DNA of 63,584 nt, the filler included, from Octopus bimaculoides (lineage: Eukaryota), in assembly GCF_001194135.2 (NCBI RefSeq). It is 6 parts of 6 records of this genome, joined end to end, with 100 filler letters (N's around TTAATTAATTAA, not from the genome) between each part and the next. Parts side by side here need not be neighbours in the genome. Positions count along the whole stretch, not along the records: positions 1 to 15,937 come from NC_068990.1; 5 more parts are not named here. One strand, 5' to 3'. The position numbers and the translations under genes were made by a program. Numbering within the stretch: position 1 is the stretch's first letter; each line of letters starts with the position of its first letter. A model generated the notes under the pieces. It saw nothing but the letters and a program-made list of their open reading frames with translations. It was not told where the DNA came from and ran no database searches. Positions 1 through 13,505 of this stretch are shown in pieces.

Positions 1-189
1 ATATACAGTGATTTTCGAGCCAAATTTTCTAATTTATCTTTCATCGTTGTTTTTATCATTATTTAGTCACATGTCATTTTGAATCCTGTAGACATATGTT
101 CAAAATGCTATCAGTCATGACCATCACATCTTTTATTCAAGTATTGTAAATCTCGATTTCGGAACACATATATTTTGTTCGTTTTTACG

Positions 190-345
190 ATCTGGGTTCA
201 AATTTCGCCGAGGTCGAATTTGCCTTTCATTCTTTTGGAATTGATGAAATAAGTAGCACTTCAGCACCGAGATCGATGAAATCAACTAGCCCCCTCCCCA
301 TACATTTTAGGCCCTGTCCCTATAACAGAAAGGGTTTTATGAGTG
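190..345 (+). mobile_element. SINE family B fragment (degenerate)
   Basis: CTGGGTTCAAATTTCGCCGAGGTCGAATTTGCCTTTCATTC...GATGAAATAAGTA matches the body of the copy at 62392-62625. Confidence 0.7.
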
Positions 346-678
346 GAATCTAGCCCTATTGAGATAACTTACAGTACTGTATTAACGGTCAATGTTTGTG
401 CTAGAAACGGCTTTGAGAATGATTAGGCAGAATGATGTTTGGGAATGATTAGACATGAAATCGGATGATTTGTGTGATTCGGAGCTTTCTCTTCAAACAA
501 CCTGTGTCACTCCTGTATTCTTATTGCAGGTGTCTCGAATGAAAATGACATTTGTCTCGGTTCTGCTTGCTCTCAGAAAAGTTGTTATTGTTGTTGTGGT
601 TGTTCCAACAGAAATTTAGTTTTGTTATTTGATTTGAAGTGCTGGAATGACTTCAATCAAATAGTCTTCAGGTTTGAA

Positions 679-780
679 ACTTCTAGAGAGCTTGACCACT
701 TCTAGGGGGTTTCACTATTTCTAGAGATCTTGACCACTTCTAGAGGGCTTAATACTTCTAGATAGCATACTAGCATACTA
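679..780. repeat. ~19-bp degenerate minisatellite (ACTTCTAGAGRGCTTGACC-like)
   Basis: About five tandem TTCTAG-containing units are visible. Confidence 0.7.
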
Positions 781-1954
781 CTTGAGGACTTCACCACAGG
801 ATCGTATCTCGGGCAAGTTTCTTGAGTAATTAGCATTCAATTCAAAATATGGTTTTTGTGAGAGCGTTGTCGTATGTCTGTTGTAGACTGTAATAATGGA
901 ACATAAACGACTCTGTGTTCTTGTAATGTGGCTCCAGCTGGGTCGTTTTAATCCAAGATCGATCTGATGTTCAATGGTTGTTGAAATTGTTGTGGTTCTT
1001 GTTTGCCTCCAGATCAACATTGATCGTGTATATTCATGACTAAAAGTATCCCTGTCGTGACCAACCTGTCTTATATTCAAACACAATGTTGAGTGCCACA
1101 TTATACAATACATGTCATTTAAGGGTGATTTGACTGCTGTTTCTATCAGGGCAATTGTGTCTTTAGAAATTTCCTCATTGGCTTATAGAGTGGACGATTA
1201 TTTCTGAATTCCGAACATGACGCTATGTGAGAGTTCTTAGAATGTGAGGCTAACAATGTAATAATCAGAAATGTATTTCTGTAAGGATTTTAGGAGTAAG
1301 TGTATGATGTTTTGATGGCCAAAAAATGGGTCTCTCTTAGAGAACCATTCTTAAAGTACTCTAAGAGAGTTCTTACGCTGTGTAGTGATGCTTTATTCTT
1401 TTGACTATGAATCGTATATGTATTGTAAATTGTGTAATAGTTTGGTATGTATTACTAAGTATTTATTATGTATGTGTGTGTGTGTGCTTATGGGTGCGTG
1501 TGCGTGTTGTTTCTGTCAGGCTGTGTTCTATTCGTGTGTTGTATTTGTATGTATGTTGTACATGTGTGTGTGTGTTTGTTAACGTGTGCTTGCAGTTTGA
1601 GTCAGTCCGTGCGTATGTTTACATGTATGTGTATATATGACGCTAGTATGTATGTGCGCATGTGTGTGTGTATGTACGTAAGAGATATTTCCCTAGTCAA
1701 CCTTTTATCGTTTTCCTTTAAGGGGTTATTCAACAAAGTGGAATGACATGGAAAGCTTTACTGTAGTTTTCTGTTAGAATGGTACATTCAGGGTTTTGCA
1801 TGAAGTAGTAGTAGTTGTTGTTGCTGTTGTTGTTGTTGTTGTTGAAGCGGCAATCTTTTCTTCTTGGATGATTATTTAGTGGTGAAGTAGTGAACTATCC
1901 GGATCGTTAGAATATTGAATACAACGTTTTATGGTATTTGTTTTGACTTTCTGC

Positions 1955-2030
1955 AACCTGGGTTCAAATCTCATCGAGGACAACCTGGCATTTCATCCTT
2001 TTGGGTACCGATAAAATGTACCAAAGGAGG
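1955..2030 (+). mobile_element. SINE family B fragment
   Basis: CTGGGTTCAAATCTCATCGAGG...GCATTTCATCCTTTTGGG...GATAAAATGTACC is homologous to 62392-62625. Confidence 0.6.
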
Positions 2031-2356
2031 ATGATGAATTGGGGGAAGTGCTAGAGGGCAAGATACCTTGAAATATTTGTTCTAAATCATTGTGTTTTAA
2101 CAGCAACGCCTGCCAAATGACCAGCACTCAAATTTTATAAGCGTAAGTCCTTGGCCTTTCCCCTGGATAAACATCAATATAGTTAGAAAAAGGAGACTTG
2201 CATACAAGGGTAGCTATCAGGTCTTCTCAAAAATATTACCGGTCTGTGCATACATGTACCGGTGTATGAGCAACCTTGGTAGATGAAGACTGTGTCTAGT
2301 TACCGAGTGTAGTTGTTCTAATTTGTGTTGTGAGTGGGAGAGTAGAATGTGTGTGT

Positions 2357-2413
<57 letters not shown>

Positions 2414-4388
2414 TGTTTCTGTGTGCATGTTTTGTATGTCAAGTTATAAATCCTTCTGAGACGTTTTCCTTTCTCGAATAAACAAGAGTTACGAGCGAGA
2501 GAGATTTTATTAGATCATGGAATCATTATTTACCGGTCCCAAAACTTTTTTTTAGATATTTGTTAAATTGCCTGACTCAGAGGTTTATTTATTATCTTTA
2601 CTGACTGTCGGAAAGGGTCAAGTTTATCACCGTTCAGCATCTCTTTTGCATTCATGCCTCGACTGGTCACTTTTTTTTTTCGGAGCCAACTCTGCGAAAA
2701 TGCTTAACAAGTGGAAACGTAGTTTAATTACTGTGTTCAAATGTACTACGTTTAAGTGCTGAGATATGAAACATGTGACATCGAGTGGCCGTTGTCGACA
2801 CTATTTTTAGTTATTTTTAGTTATTTTTAGTGTTTTCTTATTAAATAAAGTATTATTTTCGAGTGTTTTCATGTTTGCTTTTTCGTTGTTGCTAAACCCA
2901 TAAAACTCTGATCGAGCAAAATGATCAGAGACATTACAGCCTGGCCAATCCATCCGTATAGGACTACATTATCTATGTGTTCTTTCGTTTTAAAGAGCGT
3001 AGATTTTCAGGTGATTTAGTTGCTATTTCTAACAAGTTGAGTTGCAATGTACGAATTCTCAGTTTGCCTAATGTGATATAAGTACAGCTGACCAGTATAT
3101 TTTATACATTTTCTTTTTTATATATAATTTTCTTAAATTTCCTGGCGCTGAATTGTATTTCCATTGAGACATCACAAAAGTGGTACTTAATGTTTTTTTT
3201 TCTCTTCTTGGCACACCAGAGATTAAAAATAAAATAAATAATTAAATAAAATAAAATATTGGCACGTTTCACGTGGTTAGTTTTTAAAACAAACAAACGT
3301 ATAATAAAGAGGAAAATTTAGGAAAAAAAATCGGAGAATATATTTTCGTGAAGAATAGAATTAGAAATAAAATGTTTCTTAGAACGTTGAAATATTTGTA
3401 AGGATTTTTATAAAACCATAAATTATACTTCTAAAAATCAGTGGCATCCCTGAGCACTCCTTGAAGTATACCAGCGTACCGTGGCACACAGTTTACGAAT
3501 CGATATTACTGTTGTCCTTCACTTTTATTGGGGTGGGTACTTCAGCTGTGAATTTAGATTTGAATTTTCTTGTCATGCATCGAGAAGCACGTTAGATTAA
3601 TTTAGTTATATTTTTGTTTGTTCTGCAGCTATTTTCTGATCAGGTTGCCATATATTTTGTTGTCGATGAGGAAATGTTTAATTCATTTAAAAATTTTTAT
3701 AGCAAAATATTAAAGCCACGTTATATTTGGGCATAATGATTGCTATGTTTAGTTTGATGGCGCTTTGTTAAGCTGTTCATCTACTCTGCAGCCAAGGTAC
3801 ACTTCGTTTATATAACAACACACTTTATATATGCTTTCTTTATTGTGTTTATTGTGCCAGTATTGTTTTTGTATTCTTCATAACTTGGTCTCATAATTTA
3901 TTTGAATATGCGTTATTAAATAGCTTTTGTTGTTTTTCTGTAAATTTCTCTCTGTTGTACTTCTTTTGTGGAGTAGAATCGAAAAACTCTTCTGAGCAGA
4001 TAATTTATAACTGACGTTTTACATCGGTGTGGACATTAAATATCTCCATGCTTGTAAAAGTTTTTATGAGCGCTGCTAACGTATATCTAGCTGTTCTTCC
4101 TTATTACATTTACATCTAAAAATGCCGTTTTTGAATCACCTGAAATTTTTATCTAAGCTCTCTAGGTTATTAAACATCGATGGATCTCAGAAATTTATTG
4201 TTCCGTGCGCAAAAGACAAAAACATAAACAACTAATGGGGAAATATGAAACACCCTTAGCAAAAATAAACAAAAAAGAAAAAAGTAAAGCATGGTTAGTT
4301 ATCCTTCGATGATGCATATTTAAAAATAAAGCTGTATACATACATATATATATATATATAATGTATATATATATTCATACGTTCATAA

Positions 4389-4427
<39 letters not shown>

Positions 4428-4491
4428 CTCATAAATATATGCATACAGGTAGCTATACACACACATATGGATCTTTTCAAAAATATCAGGC

Positions 4492-4536
<45 letters not shown>

Positions 4537-4860
4537 AGTACATTTACATAGACACGCGTGCTCACACGTGTATCTATAGATACATGAATTTGAAAGGAAA
4601 GTAAATGGATCTCTGTCACAGTCAACGATGATAGTTCGAATCGTCCACGGAACCAAACAATCGACTGATTGAATTATAAGAAAGCAGTTGAGTATTCAAA
4701 AGACAACTGCGTAATAAATCACACAGTGGAATTGAACCAAGGCCTCATAAAAGTGAAATAGAATTCTTAATTATTCAGTGTTGTCAGCAAAAGTAATCCT
4801 ACCTCCGATAGGTCGCGGTTAACCATACAAAATCACGCACATATGAAAATACATATATAC

Positions 4861-5014
4861 GAGTGCCTGTATGGTAAGTAGCTTGTTACGAACCACATGG
4901 TTCCGGGTTCAGTCCCACTGCGTGGTGCCTTGGGCTAGTGTCTTCTACTATAGCCACGAGCCGACCAAAGCCTTGTGAGTGGATTTAGTAGACGGAAACT
5001 GAAAGAAGCCCGTC

Positions 5015-5046
<32 letters not shown>

Positions 5047-5131
5047 GTTTGTGCGTCTGTGTTTGTCCCCCCAACAGCACTTGACGACCGAGGCTGGTGT
5101 GTTTACGTCCCCGTCACTTAGCGGTTTGGCA
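4861..5131 (+). mobile_element. tRNA-derived SINE family A, 3'-truncated
   Basis: TGGTAAGTAGCTTG...GGTTCCGGGTTCAGTCCCACTGCGTGG...GAAACTGAAAGAAGCCCGTCG followed by (TA)n; close match to 27270-27680. Confidence 0.85.
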
Positions 5132-6930
5132 ATAAACAAATTTTCCTGTAAAGATTGGAAACGCAAATCTCAGGGAGAGTTTTAATAAAGTTTCAAATTC
5201 GTACTCATGTATATACATACATGTCAGCATGCATGCATACATACATGCATACATACATACTTACATACATACGCACATACACACGTACCCTAGAAACGCT
5301 TTCATTTTCATACCTATTGTTATTGGAACTACAAGACACATACCAACTCACCTTGAATAAAGTATGTCTGGACTTGGGTTCTTGGGGTGGGGAATGCAAC
5401 GTTTTAAATCATACGCTACAAATGATCTTGACATCTGGGACTACAAAAATGTACAAGACTTTCTTAAGATTTCAAGAATAATGAACAAAAGAAGATGATT
5501 TGCTTCACGACCTTGCAATCAAACAGATGGCTGGTTAAAATAAACACCAAATTGAAAAGGGAAAGACATACATACATATACACATACATGCATATATGCA
5601 AATATGCATATATGCATAAATGCATACATTCTAACGAACGAACGTACATACAAGATCGGAGAATCTGCGAACAGTCACTTTCTGTATATGGAAGACAATA
5701 AGTCGTATGCTAAGTCCAAGACACAGCTTGAACTAAATCCGTTTCTAACCTGTAAAGCTTTTACAGCTAAAGGTACCATCACAACCTTTTGTAGAATTTA
5801 TCTCAAACAGACAAGCTTCTCTGTAGCACTCAGGAGAAGGATTTTGAGAATTTCCTTAATCTTCACCTTGGAATAGTTTAGAAAACATTATTCAGGCAAT
5901 CTTCGTCGACGCCCAAATCACATTATTTCGGGGTTTGATAAATTAAGTACCAGTGAAACACTGGCGGCCGATGTAATCGACTAGTCCCCTGCCCGCAGAT
6001 GTCAAGGCTTGTACCTTTATTAGAAAGGACTATTATCATCAACAGCACCAACAGCAGTAACAACAGGAATAACAACAATATCAACAATAACATTTGCAGT
6101 GTTAAAATATCACAAGTTTGGCACCTCTTTTAATTAGAAGCATACATATTTCTGCTATTATGAATTCTTAAAGAACTGATAAATTCTACATATAGAGCTC
6201 GGGATTTAATTATCACCATGCTCGTTGCCACCTTCATGATATTCCATCCATCAAATTAATTCAATATTCTCTCTAATTTCTATCAATACATTCCATCACA
6301 TAATAAGAAAAAAAAAAAAAATTACATCTCTCAAAAAAGAAAACAAAAACAGCAACAAAAAAAGAAACAGCATTCATTTATTTTTCTTAGTCCTGTATGT
6401 CCGTTCCTCTTTCTTTGTTTTTATCTCTCTAATTAAGTACCAGTTGCATACTGGTTTTAATCTAATCAGCTGGCCACCTCCCCATGAAAAAAACTTCGGG
6501 CTTTGTGCCTAGAATACAAAAAATATAGTAACCACAAAGCCATGCACTTTCACTGGGCTAGTGCTTTGTTTATCGACCCCAATAGGACAAATTAACTCTT
6601 TTACAGTTATGCAGAAGCATACTAAGCATATAACATATATATGAACAGTGAAATAATTCTGATATAATTCTGTTAGCAGTCTGTTGTTGATAACATTACT
6701 TATTCATCTCTTTTCATAAACGCCCGACTGCTAGAAACACGATTGTGCCCGAAGAAGTCTTAAGATAAAATATGCATGTATTTCAATTTGTAACTGTACT
6801 TAAATATCAATATATCATTATACTAACTCTGATGTATACATTTTTATCATATTTATTTTTAAGTCTCCGCTAATCATATTTTGCACAAAAGATATATTCT
6901 AGATATCAATTCAGAACATTTATTCATATG

Positions 6931-6933
6931 CAC

Positions 6934-7009
<76 letters not shown>

Positions 7010-7913
7010 TTATGTATGTATGTATGTGCATGTATGCATCTACTCATGCACGCAAATAGACACTTACAGACATACATATACATACACTTGCATGCATTCA
7101 CACATACACACACACATACACACAGACATACACATACACACACACATGTATGCGTATGACTTCGTGAGCGAATTTTTAAAAAAATCTCCAATAATAAAAA
7201 GAAATTATGTTTCAATGTCTCTCTCTTCTCAATATATGTTTATATATGAGCGTGTGTACGTGCGTGCGTATGTGTGTGTATGAGTGTGTGTTTGAGTGTG
7301 TGTATGCGTGCATGTGCGTGTCTGTGTGTGTGTGTGTGTGTTTGTGTGTCTATACATACATATATGCATATATATATATACTTGAAAGAATGTATGCATA
7401 TCTATGTATCTACGTGTATCTATCCATATATATATATATATGTATGTATATATNNNNNNNNNNNNNNNNNNNNNNNNNNNNNNNNNNNNNNNNNNNNNNN
7501 NNNNNNNNNNNNNNNNNNNNNNNNNNNNNNNNNNNNNNNNNNNNNNNNNNNNNNNNNNNNNNNNNNNNNNNNNNNNNNNNNNNNNNNNNNNNNNNNNNNN
7601 NNNNNNNNNNNNNNNNNNNNNNNNNNNNNNNNNNNNNNNNNNNNNNNNNNNNNNNNNNNNNNNNNNNNNNNNNNNNNNNNNNNNNNNNNNNNNNNNNNNN
7701 NNNNNNNNNNNNNNNNNNNNNNNNNNNNNNNNATATATATGTATGTATATATTTATTTATTTATATATATACTTGAAAGATTGCCTGCATATGTATATAT
7801 CTACGTGTGTGTATATATATATATGTATGCATGTATATATATATATATATTATATATATATATATATGTTTGTATATATATATATATATATATATACGTC
7901 TGATTTTGTTGGG

Positions 7914-7969
<56 letters not shown>

Positions 7970-8948
7970 CGTGTGTGTGTGTGTGTATAAATATGTTTGT
8001 GTGTGCATATATATATATACATATACATATTTTTATACATACATATATTCATGTATATATATCAATATACGTATGCATATATATGTATGTATATATGTAT
8101 ATATATAAATACGTATGTGCCTATATGTGTTTGTGTGTATGCGTCTATATGCGTACATGTGTATGAGAAGACATAGTTATCTGTCTTCCTACATAGGCAA
8201 GAAGACATATCTTCATTTGTAAACAAAAAGATAACTGCGGGGGATCGATTGCGAATCGTTTTCTATTCTTTACATGGAATAATAAGGAGAAATAGTTCAG
8301 ATTGTTAGAAGACAAGGAAGAGTGGCAGAGAAGTTAGTGAAGCAGCTCTCTGTTCACAAAAGCCAACCATTTAAGTGGAAAGAGCCGACTTACGCGCCTT
8401 TTATGTATTGATCCTCTATTGGAACTAGTTCGTATCCACTAGAGAATGGTTTCACAAATAGAAAAGAAGCATTGCCTAGACCATTGTCCTTTACACATTA
8501 TATTGGCCAGTGCCATTGTATGAGAATATAACCTGCGGGCGGCCCGGTTTAGAAGAAGCGTTTGCCTATCGGTGGTAAACTATTGAAAGTACGAACAGAG
8601 AGTGTTGAGTAAATACAAAATAGAAGTCCATTACTAGTTAAATCATAAAGACAGGTACACACGCACACACAGAGACAGACACAGACACATACACACAAAC
8701 AGAGGTATCGTATGGTATTTGTTCATTCGTACAAGCAAGCATATATGTAGTTACATATATTTATACACACATAAATATTGATAATCAAAGAGAAAGTCTT
8801 AAGATTACGTGTAAGCTGAGACATAAACACATATTGCGACTTTTATATACACATACATAATTCAGTGCTTTTATATTTATGCTTAATTCGATGTATATAT
8901 GTATATATAAACTTATACAAATATATATTTAACCATATACATATATAC

Positions 8949-9013
<65 letters not shown>

Positions 9014-9248
9014 NNNNNNNNNNNNNNNNNNNNNNNNNNNNTTATATATATATATATAAACACATACATATATATATATATATGTGTGCGTAATACAATA
9101 TATAAATGTATGAATGTATGTATACATGTATATATATATGTAATATAATATATGAATATATGTACATACACATTTGTGCATTAATACATACATATATATG
9201 TGTCTGTATCTATATATATGTATGCATATGTGTGTATGTGTATACATA

Positions 9249-9341
<93 letters not shown>

Positions 9342-9485
9342 GCCTATATGGATATATGTGTGTATGTATTTATATATATATACACACATACATATATGCA
9401 TGCGTATTCTAGATATTTGTATGAATACACAAGTATGCTGATGTAACACTCTCCCCGCCTCACACTCAGATAAGCGCGCGCACAG

Positions 9486-9533
<48 letters not shown>

Positions 9534-9545
9534 ACACGCATAGGT
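6931..9545. repeat. Compound (TA)n/(CA)n/(TATG)n microsatellite-rich region with N gaps
   Basis: Seen directly. It is the source of the spurious [12 protein letters not shown] ORFs; the unique stretch 8170-8640 is included in the span. Confidence 0.85.
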
Positions 9546-10399
9546 ATTAAATGATTTACAGTTTCTTAAAACGGAATACTTCGATCGAAGCAAACCTTCA
9601 TTATTAAGTTATGTCAATGAATCTAGTCTGAAAACTGTGAGAAGAATATGAATAAGTTATAGAACAACCAAATCATAGATTGTTGTAGAACATAACCAAA
9701 TCAACAATGTTACTTCTTAGTTTGAGAAACTTCTAGTAGAAATTCATAACTTTTACCAAAATATTTCCTTAGATATCGCTGCTCTTAGACAATGAAACAC
9801 ATCGGTGATGTTGTTAGGTGTTCAGGAAACTACGATTTTATTAGCTACAGTTTAGAATATCTCTTTGCATTGTGTTGCGGTTTTGTGTGAGGGAGGAATG
9901 CGTGGAGTGTTAAGCAAGACAAAAAGAATGCTGGATGGAAGAATGGTTTGTTTCGTGATTGTGGTATAGAGGATGCAGAGGTCCGGTTTTCACTTTACAG
10001 TGAGCAGCGGTTGATCTGCTTAATGTGGAATTATGAGTTGTAAATCTGACCAGTTTGTTTGCTGTGGTTTGTAGTTCAGTGTATAGAATATGTTCAATTA
10101 AGTGTATACTATTTAGGGTGGTATATAGAGCGTGCTTAACGCTGTATATAGGTGTTGTATAGTGCAATGTGTAGTATTTGTGCTCTAGTGGCTGGACGGC
10201 GTGTGTGCATATGTGTGTGTAAAGGTTTGTTATGAAATAAACAGATAAAATGACAAGCGCAATTCGTTCCTTAAAGAACATGTAAATTAAAATATCTGTC
10301 ATATAAAGTTGTATAGTCTGCTGAAGATATATATACTTCTATATAGAGAAATATATTTCTTCGAAAACCGTTTCACGCGTGAAATACTTTTTCTTTTAT

Positions 10400-11265
10400 C
10401 AAAGAACGTTTCACATGTGAAATATCTTTCGACTCATGAACGTTTGAAATGCAAAATTTTTAAAAACAGAAAACTTATAAATAAGTGATTTAGTAAATAA
10501 CTTATAGGACCTCAGAACGTCTGCTGTGTCCCTCTCTAGTGGCCTAGTGTTTACAGAGCATTGAGTAGCAGTCACGATGTCGGCACTTTGATATGCGGCG
10601 AGAACCATCATGTCCTCCATCAGTCCTCCATCACAGCTAACTTTTCCTCAACTACAAATTTAACCCTTATGCTCTTCAACGCCGTTGATTGTTCACTAAT
10701 ACACCCAGCTTTTACCGAAAGAGGAATCATAAAGCAAAAATATCGTCAAATTTAGCTCAAACAACTTCTTTATCAGTGCAGACAGATTCTCCTGGATATC
10801 TTACATTTTTGCATTCTAACCACTTTTTGAAGTATTCGAACCACCCAGAACTACCAAAACTATTTTTTTCTACGTTGGCTTCGTCGTCTCCCTTCAAAGT
10901 AGAGAATAAGCTCAAAGCTTTTGTTTTGATGCTGCAGATACTCAAAGGAATGCGACACTGATTACTGTCTTCAATCCACATGAGTAATAAGCGTTTCGTT
11001 TCAATCATCTGACCCCGATATTGAGTTGATTTCATAGCTATCGAAGATGAGGCCATCAGCCTTTTTTTTTTAAATATAATCTTCAGCTTATTTCAAAAAT
11101 AGTGCGTACGGTTGCTTCCTTCAATCCAAATGAGCAGGCGATCTCTGACGTTCTTGCGCCGTTATCATAACTTTTAATTATTTCGAGTTACTTCTCTAAA
11201 GAAAAAGATTTTCGCTTTTTTTTTTTAATATCGTCAATCCCTCTTTCATTTTCACTATTATCCAT
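10400..11265 (-). mobile_element. Tigger/pogo-type transposase remnant (CENP-B-like HTH domains), frameshifted and internally deleted
   Basis: Minus strand reads KRKSFSLEK*LEIIKSYDNGARTSEIACSFGLKEATVRTIF, then IETKRLLLMWIEDSNQCRIPLSICSIKTKALSLFSTLK...FGSSGWFEYFKKW...VRYPGES. These are typical TIGD/Tigger N-terminal domains; ATG at 11265. Confidence 0.85.
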
Positions 11266-11621
11266 TGCTAATGGGAAAAAATATTCTAAATAAAAAGGAA
11301 AAGTAAGCGATGTCATAAGGAGAAAAAACTGAAACCATTAGGGCTTCCATTGCCGGCTGCCAGCGTTGCTATGGCTACAGAGTATGTTCGGTAAGCGGTA
11401 TAATTCTATTTTTTACATAGGACCATATTATAAGAAATTTATCACGTGATAAATAATGACAGCTTAGAATAAACCGTCTACACTAAAAAAATGCGCTATT
11501 CGTGTTGAGGGGTTATTACACAATCACATGCACAAAAACACGCACACACATGCGCAAACACATATGCAAACGCGCGCACACACACACGCACGCGTGCACA
11601 CACACACACATACACATATAC

Positions 11622-11830
11622 CAGGTATATATGGTCGTTAAAGGGAAGTTCCACGGCCTACAGTAAAAAGTGGACAATCTTAGAGAAGCGCAGGCGTTAC
11701 TTTAATAACATCAGAAAGTGCACATTATGTTTAGCCGAGAAACCAAACATATCAAAAAAACTCTCAGCTACCAGACTACAGAAGAGAGAGCTATAACCCT
11801 TGCTCACATGAAAGAAGGTATATTTTATCG
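11622..11830 (+). mobile_element. Penelope-like element, C-terminal end of GIY-YIG region
   Basis: Reads RYIWSLKGSSTAYSKKWTILEKRRRYFNNIRKCTLCLAEK, paralleling KPIWELKDSKKSYKMN*KIHSHARSYKINDARCNLCIDE at ~42230-42350 and the PLE C-terminal CxxC motif. Confidence 0.7.
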
Positions 11831-12215
11831 TATCTATTGGCCTCGGCATAACATAACTATAATCACCGAGTATCTACCTTCGACTCTTTCACCACCATAT
11901 CCCGAGAACCCAGTAAAGAGTTTAATCAAAATATGCACCATCATAGATACGCATGCGCCCTAACATGAGCTTAAGCGTTCGGACGAATTTCCTCCCAAAC
12001 CCTTCATATATAGTAGCTTTATACACATACCTAACCTACACTCATTTTAAGAAAACTCTTGTAGACTTACATCTCAAGGACTTTTGGGGCCAAGGGACAT
12101 CATTCTCAATATAAACTTTGCTCAGTGCATGTCTTTTATAACGGCACCCACAAATCTAATGTGCTTTTTCCCTTCCAGTAACAGAGAGCAGTTGCCATAT
12201 ACTTTCCATACCTGC

Positions 12216-12280
12216 TGGCTATGACGAGCACGCAGTATTACTTAACCATCCTGTGCGAAATCGACTGGTAAGGTCGGCCG
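12216..12280 (+). ncRNA. Type I hammerhead-like motif, C3 replaced by A (probably inactive)
   Basis: TGGCT-ATGACGA-GCAC...GTGC-GAAA-TC...GGTC-GGCCG gives stem I TGGCT/GGCCG, stem II GCAC/GTGC and a GUC triplet. It lies downstream of the PLE fragment in sense orientation. Confidence 0.5.
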
Positions 12281-13337
12281 TAATGAACATATAATTGTGT
12301 ACACTCTTATTACGCTAAAGAAATGAAAATATTTGAAGAAATTCTTTTCAGTAAATCCTTGAAGACGGAAATATAGGGTAAAACAATTTTTGAAATGTTG
12401 TCCAATTACCGTGAGGGTAAAGTGGTAAAGTTGTCCCTTCAGCTATAAGATACCGTGGAAAAGCATTTATGAAAGCCATTTACGACAGGCCGACAACTAA
12501 TCTGTTTAATTTATGAAAAAGTAAGCGTTTAATTTATTCACAATTCACAGTGTAATTCTTCGACAAGAAATTGTCATTAAAAAGGTTAGTAAGTAGCTGT
12601 CTTCATACCAGGCTTTAATAATATTGCTGTCAAAAAGCTCAAAATTCGAGCCTCAAAATCGAACTGCTCCCTCAAGCTTCATAGATAAAATTGAATTGTA
12701 TAGAGGATATTTTGGATAGAAAAGATGCCATCCATGAATTTGGGGAAAGACATGTATTTGAGGATCTACTGTGCACGTATACAAATTATAATTGTAGAAA
12801 GAGTTTGAGATAAAATTTAACGCTTTGGTTAAACTTATGATTTCTGATTGGATGAAGCATATTCATTTATATGCAAAATGAAAGAACAAAATATCATTAT
12901 GCAAAAATAGAAAAAAAACAAACATACAATACAAATACTCATCTCCCACCCACCACTGATTTACAAATCGAAATGAAGATGATTTCTGAAAAATCAAAGC
13001 TTGAATGCTATGTAGTTGCAATGTTGTCTGAACTCCCCTATTGGATGGAATGAAGCCAAGCAAGTTATTTCATTGTTTTTTATCCTCCTGTCTAATAGAA
13101 AATGTCTTATCGAAATAAATCAAATTTTGACCGCAAATAGAATCTAAAATGAAATTGTGCAGCGCATAGACGTGTGTGATATTTTCGATTAAGTTTGGAT
13201 CTAGTTATTGTAAATCTTGCTGCTGCTCAGTAGGCACAGGGAAGACATATATAAACAATATGTACTATCTGAATTATTCTTATTTTAATCATATTAATAA
13301 ATAATGTAAGCTATCAGATTTGTCGTAGAGATGCATG

Positions 13338-13505
13338 GCTCTATGGTTAGGGGTGGTAAACTCAAGATCGTAAGATTGTGTTTTCTGTCCCTGGACCAAG
13401 CGATGAGTTGTGCTCTCGAACAAAATACACTATATTTCACGTTGCTCCAGTTCACTTGTGTGATAAAAACGAGTAATCCTGCAATGGATCGGTGTCCAGT
13501 CTGAG
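13338..13505 (+). mobile_element. SINE family E fragment (degenerate)
   Basis: TATTTCACGTTGCTCCAGTTCAC is shared with 63228-63565, with a degenerate tRNA-like head. Confidence 0.6.

Noticed and set aside
778-1113. 111-aa minus-strand ORF in relatively CpG-rich DNA
   Set aside because: No recognisable motif or convincing splice sites in any frame.
1385-9593. Many ORFs rich in CV/YI/HT dipeptides, here and throughout the window
   Set aside because: They are translations of dinucleotide microsatellites.
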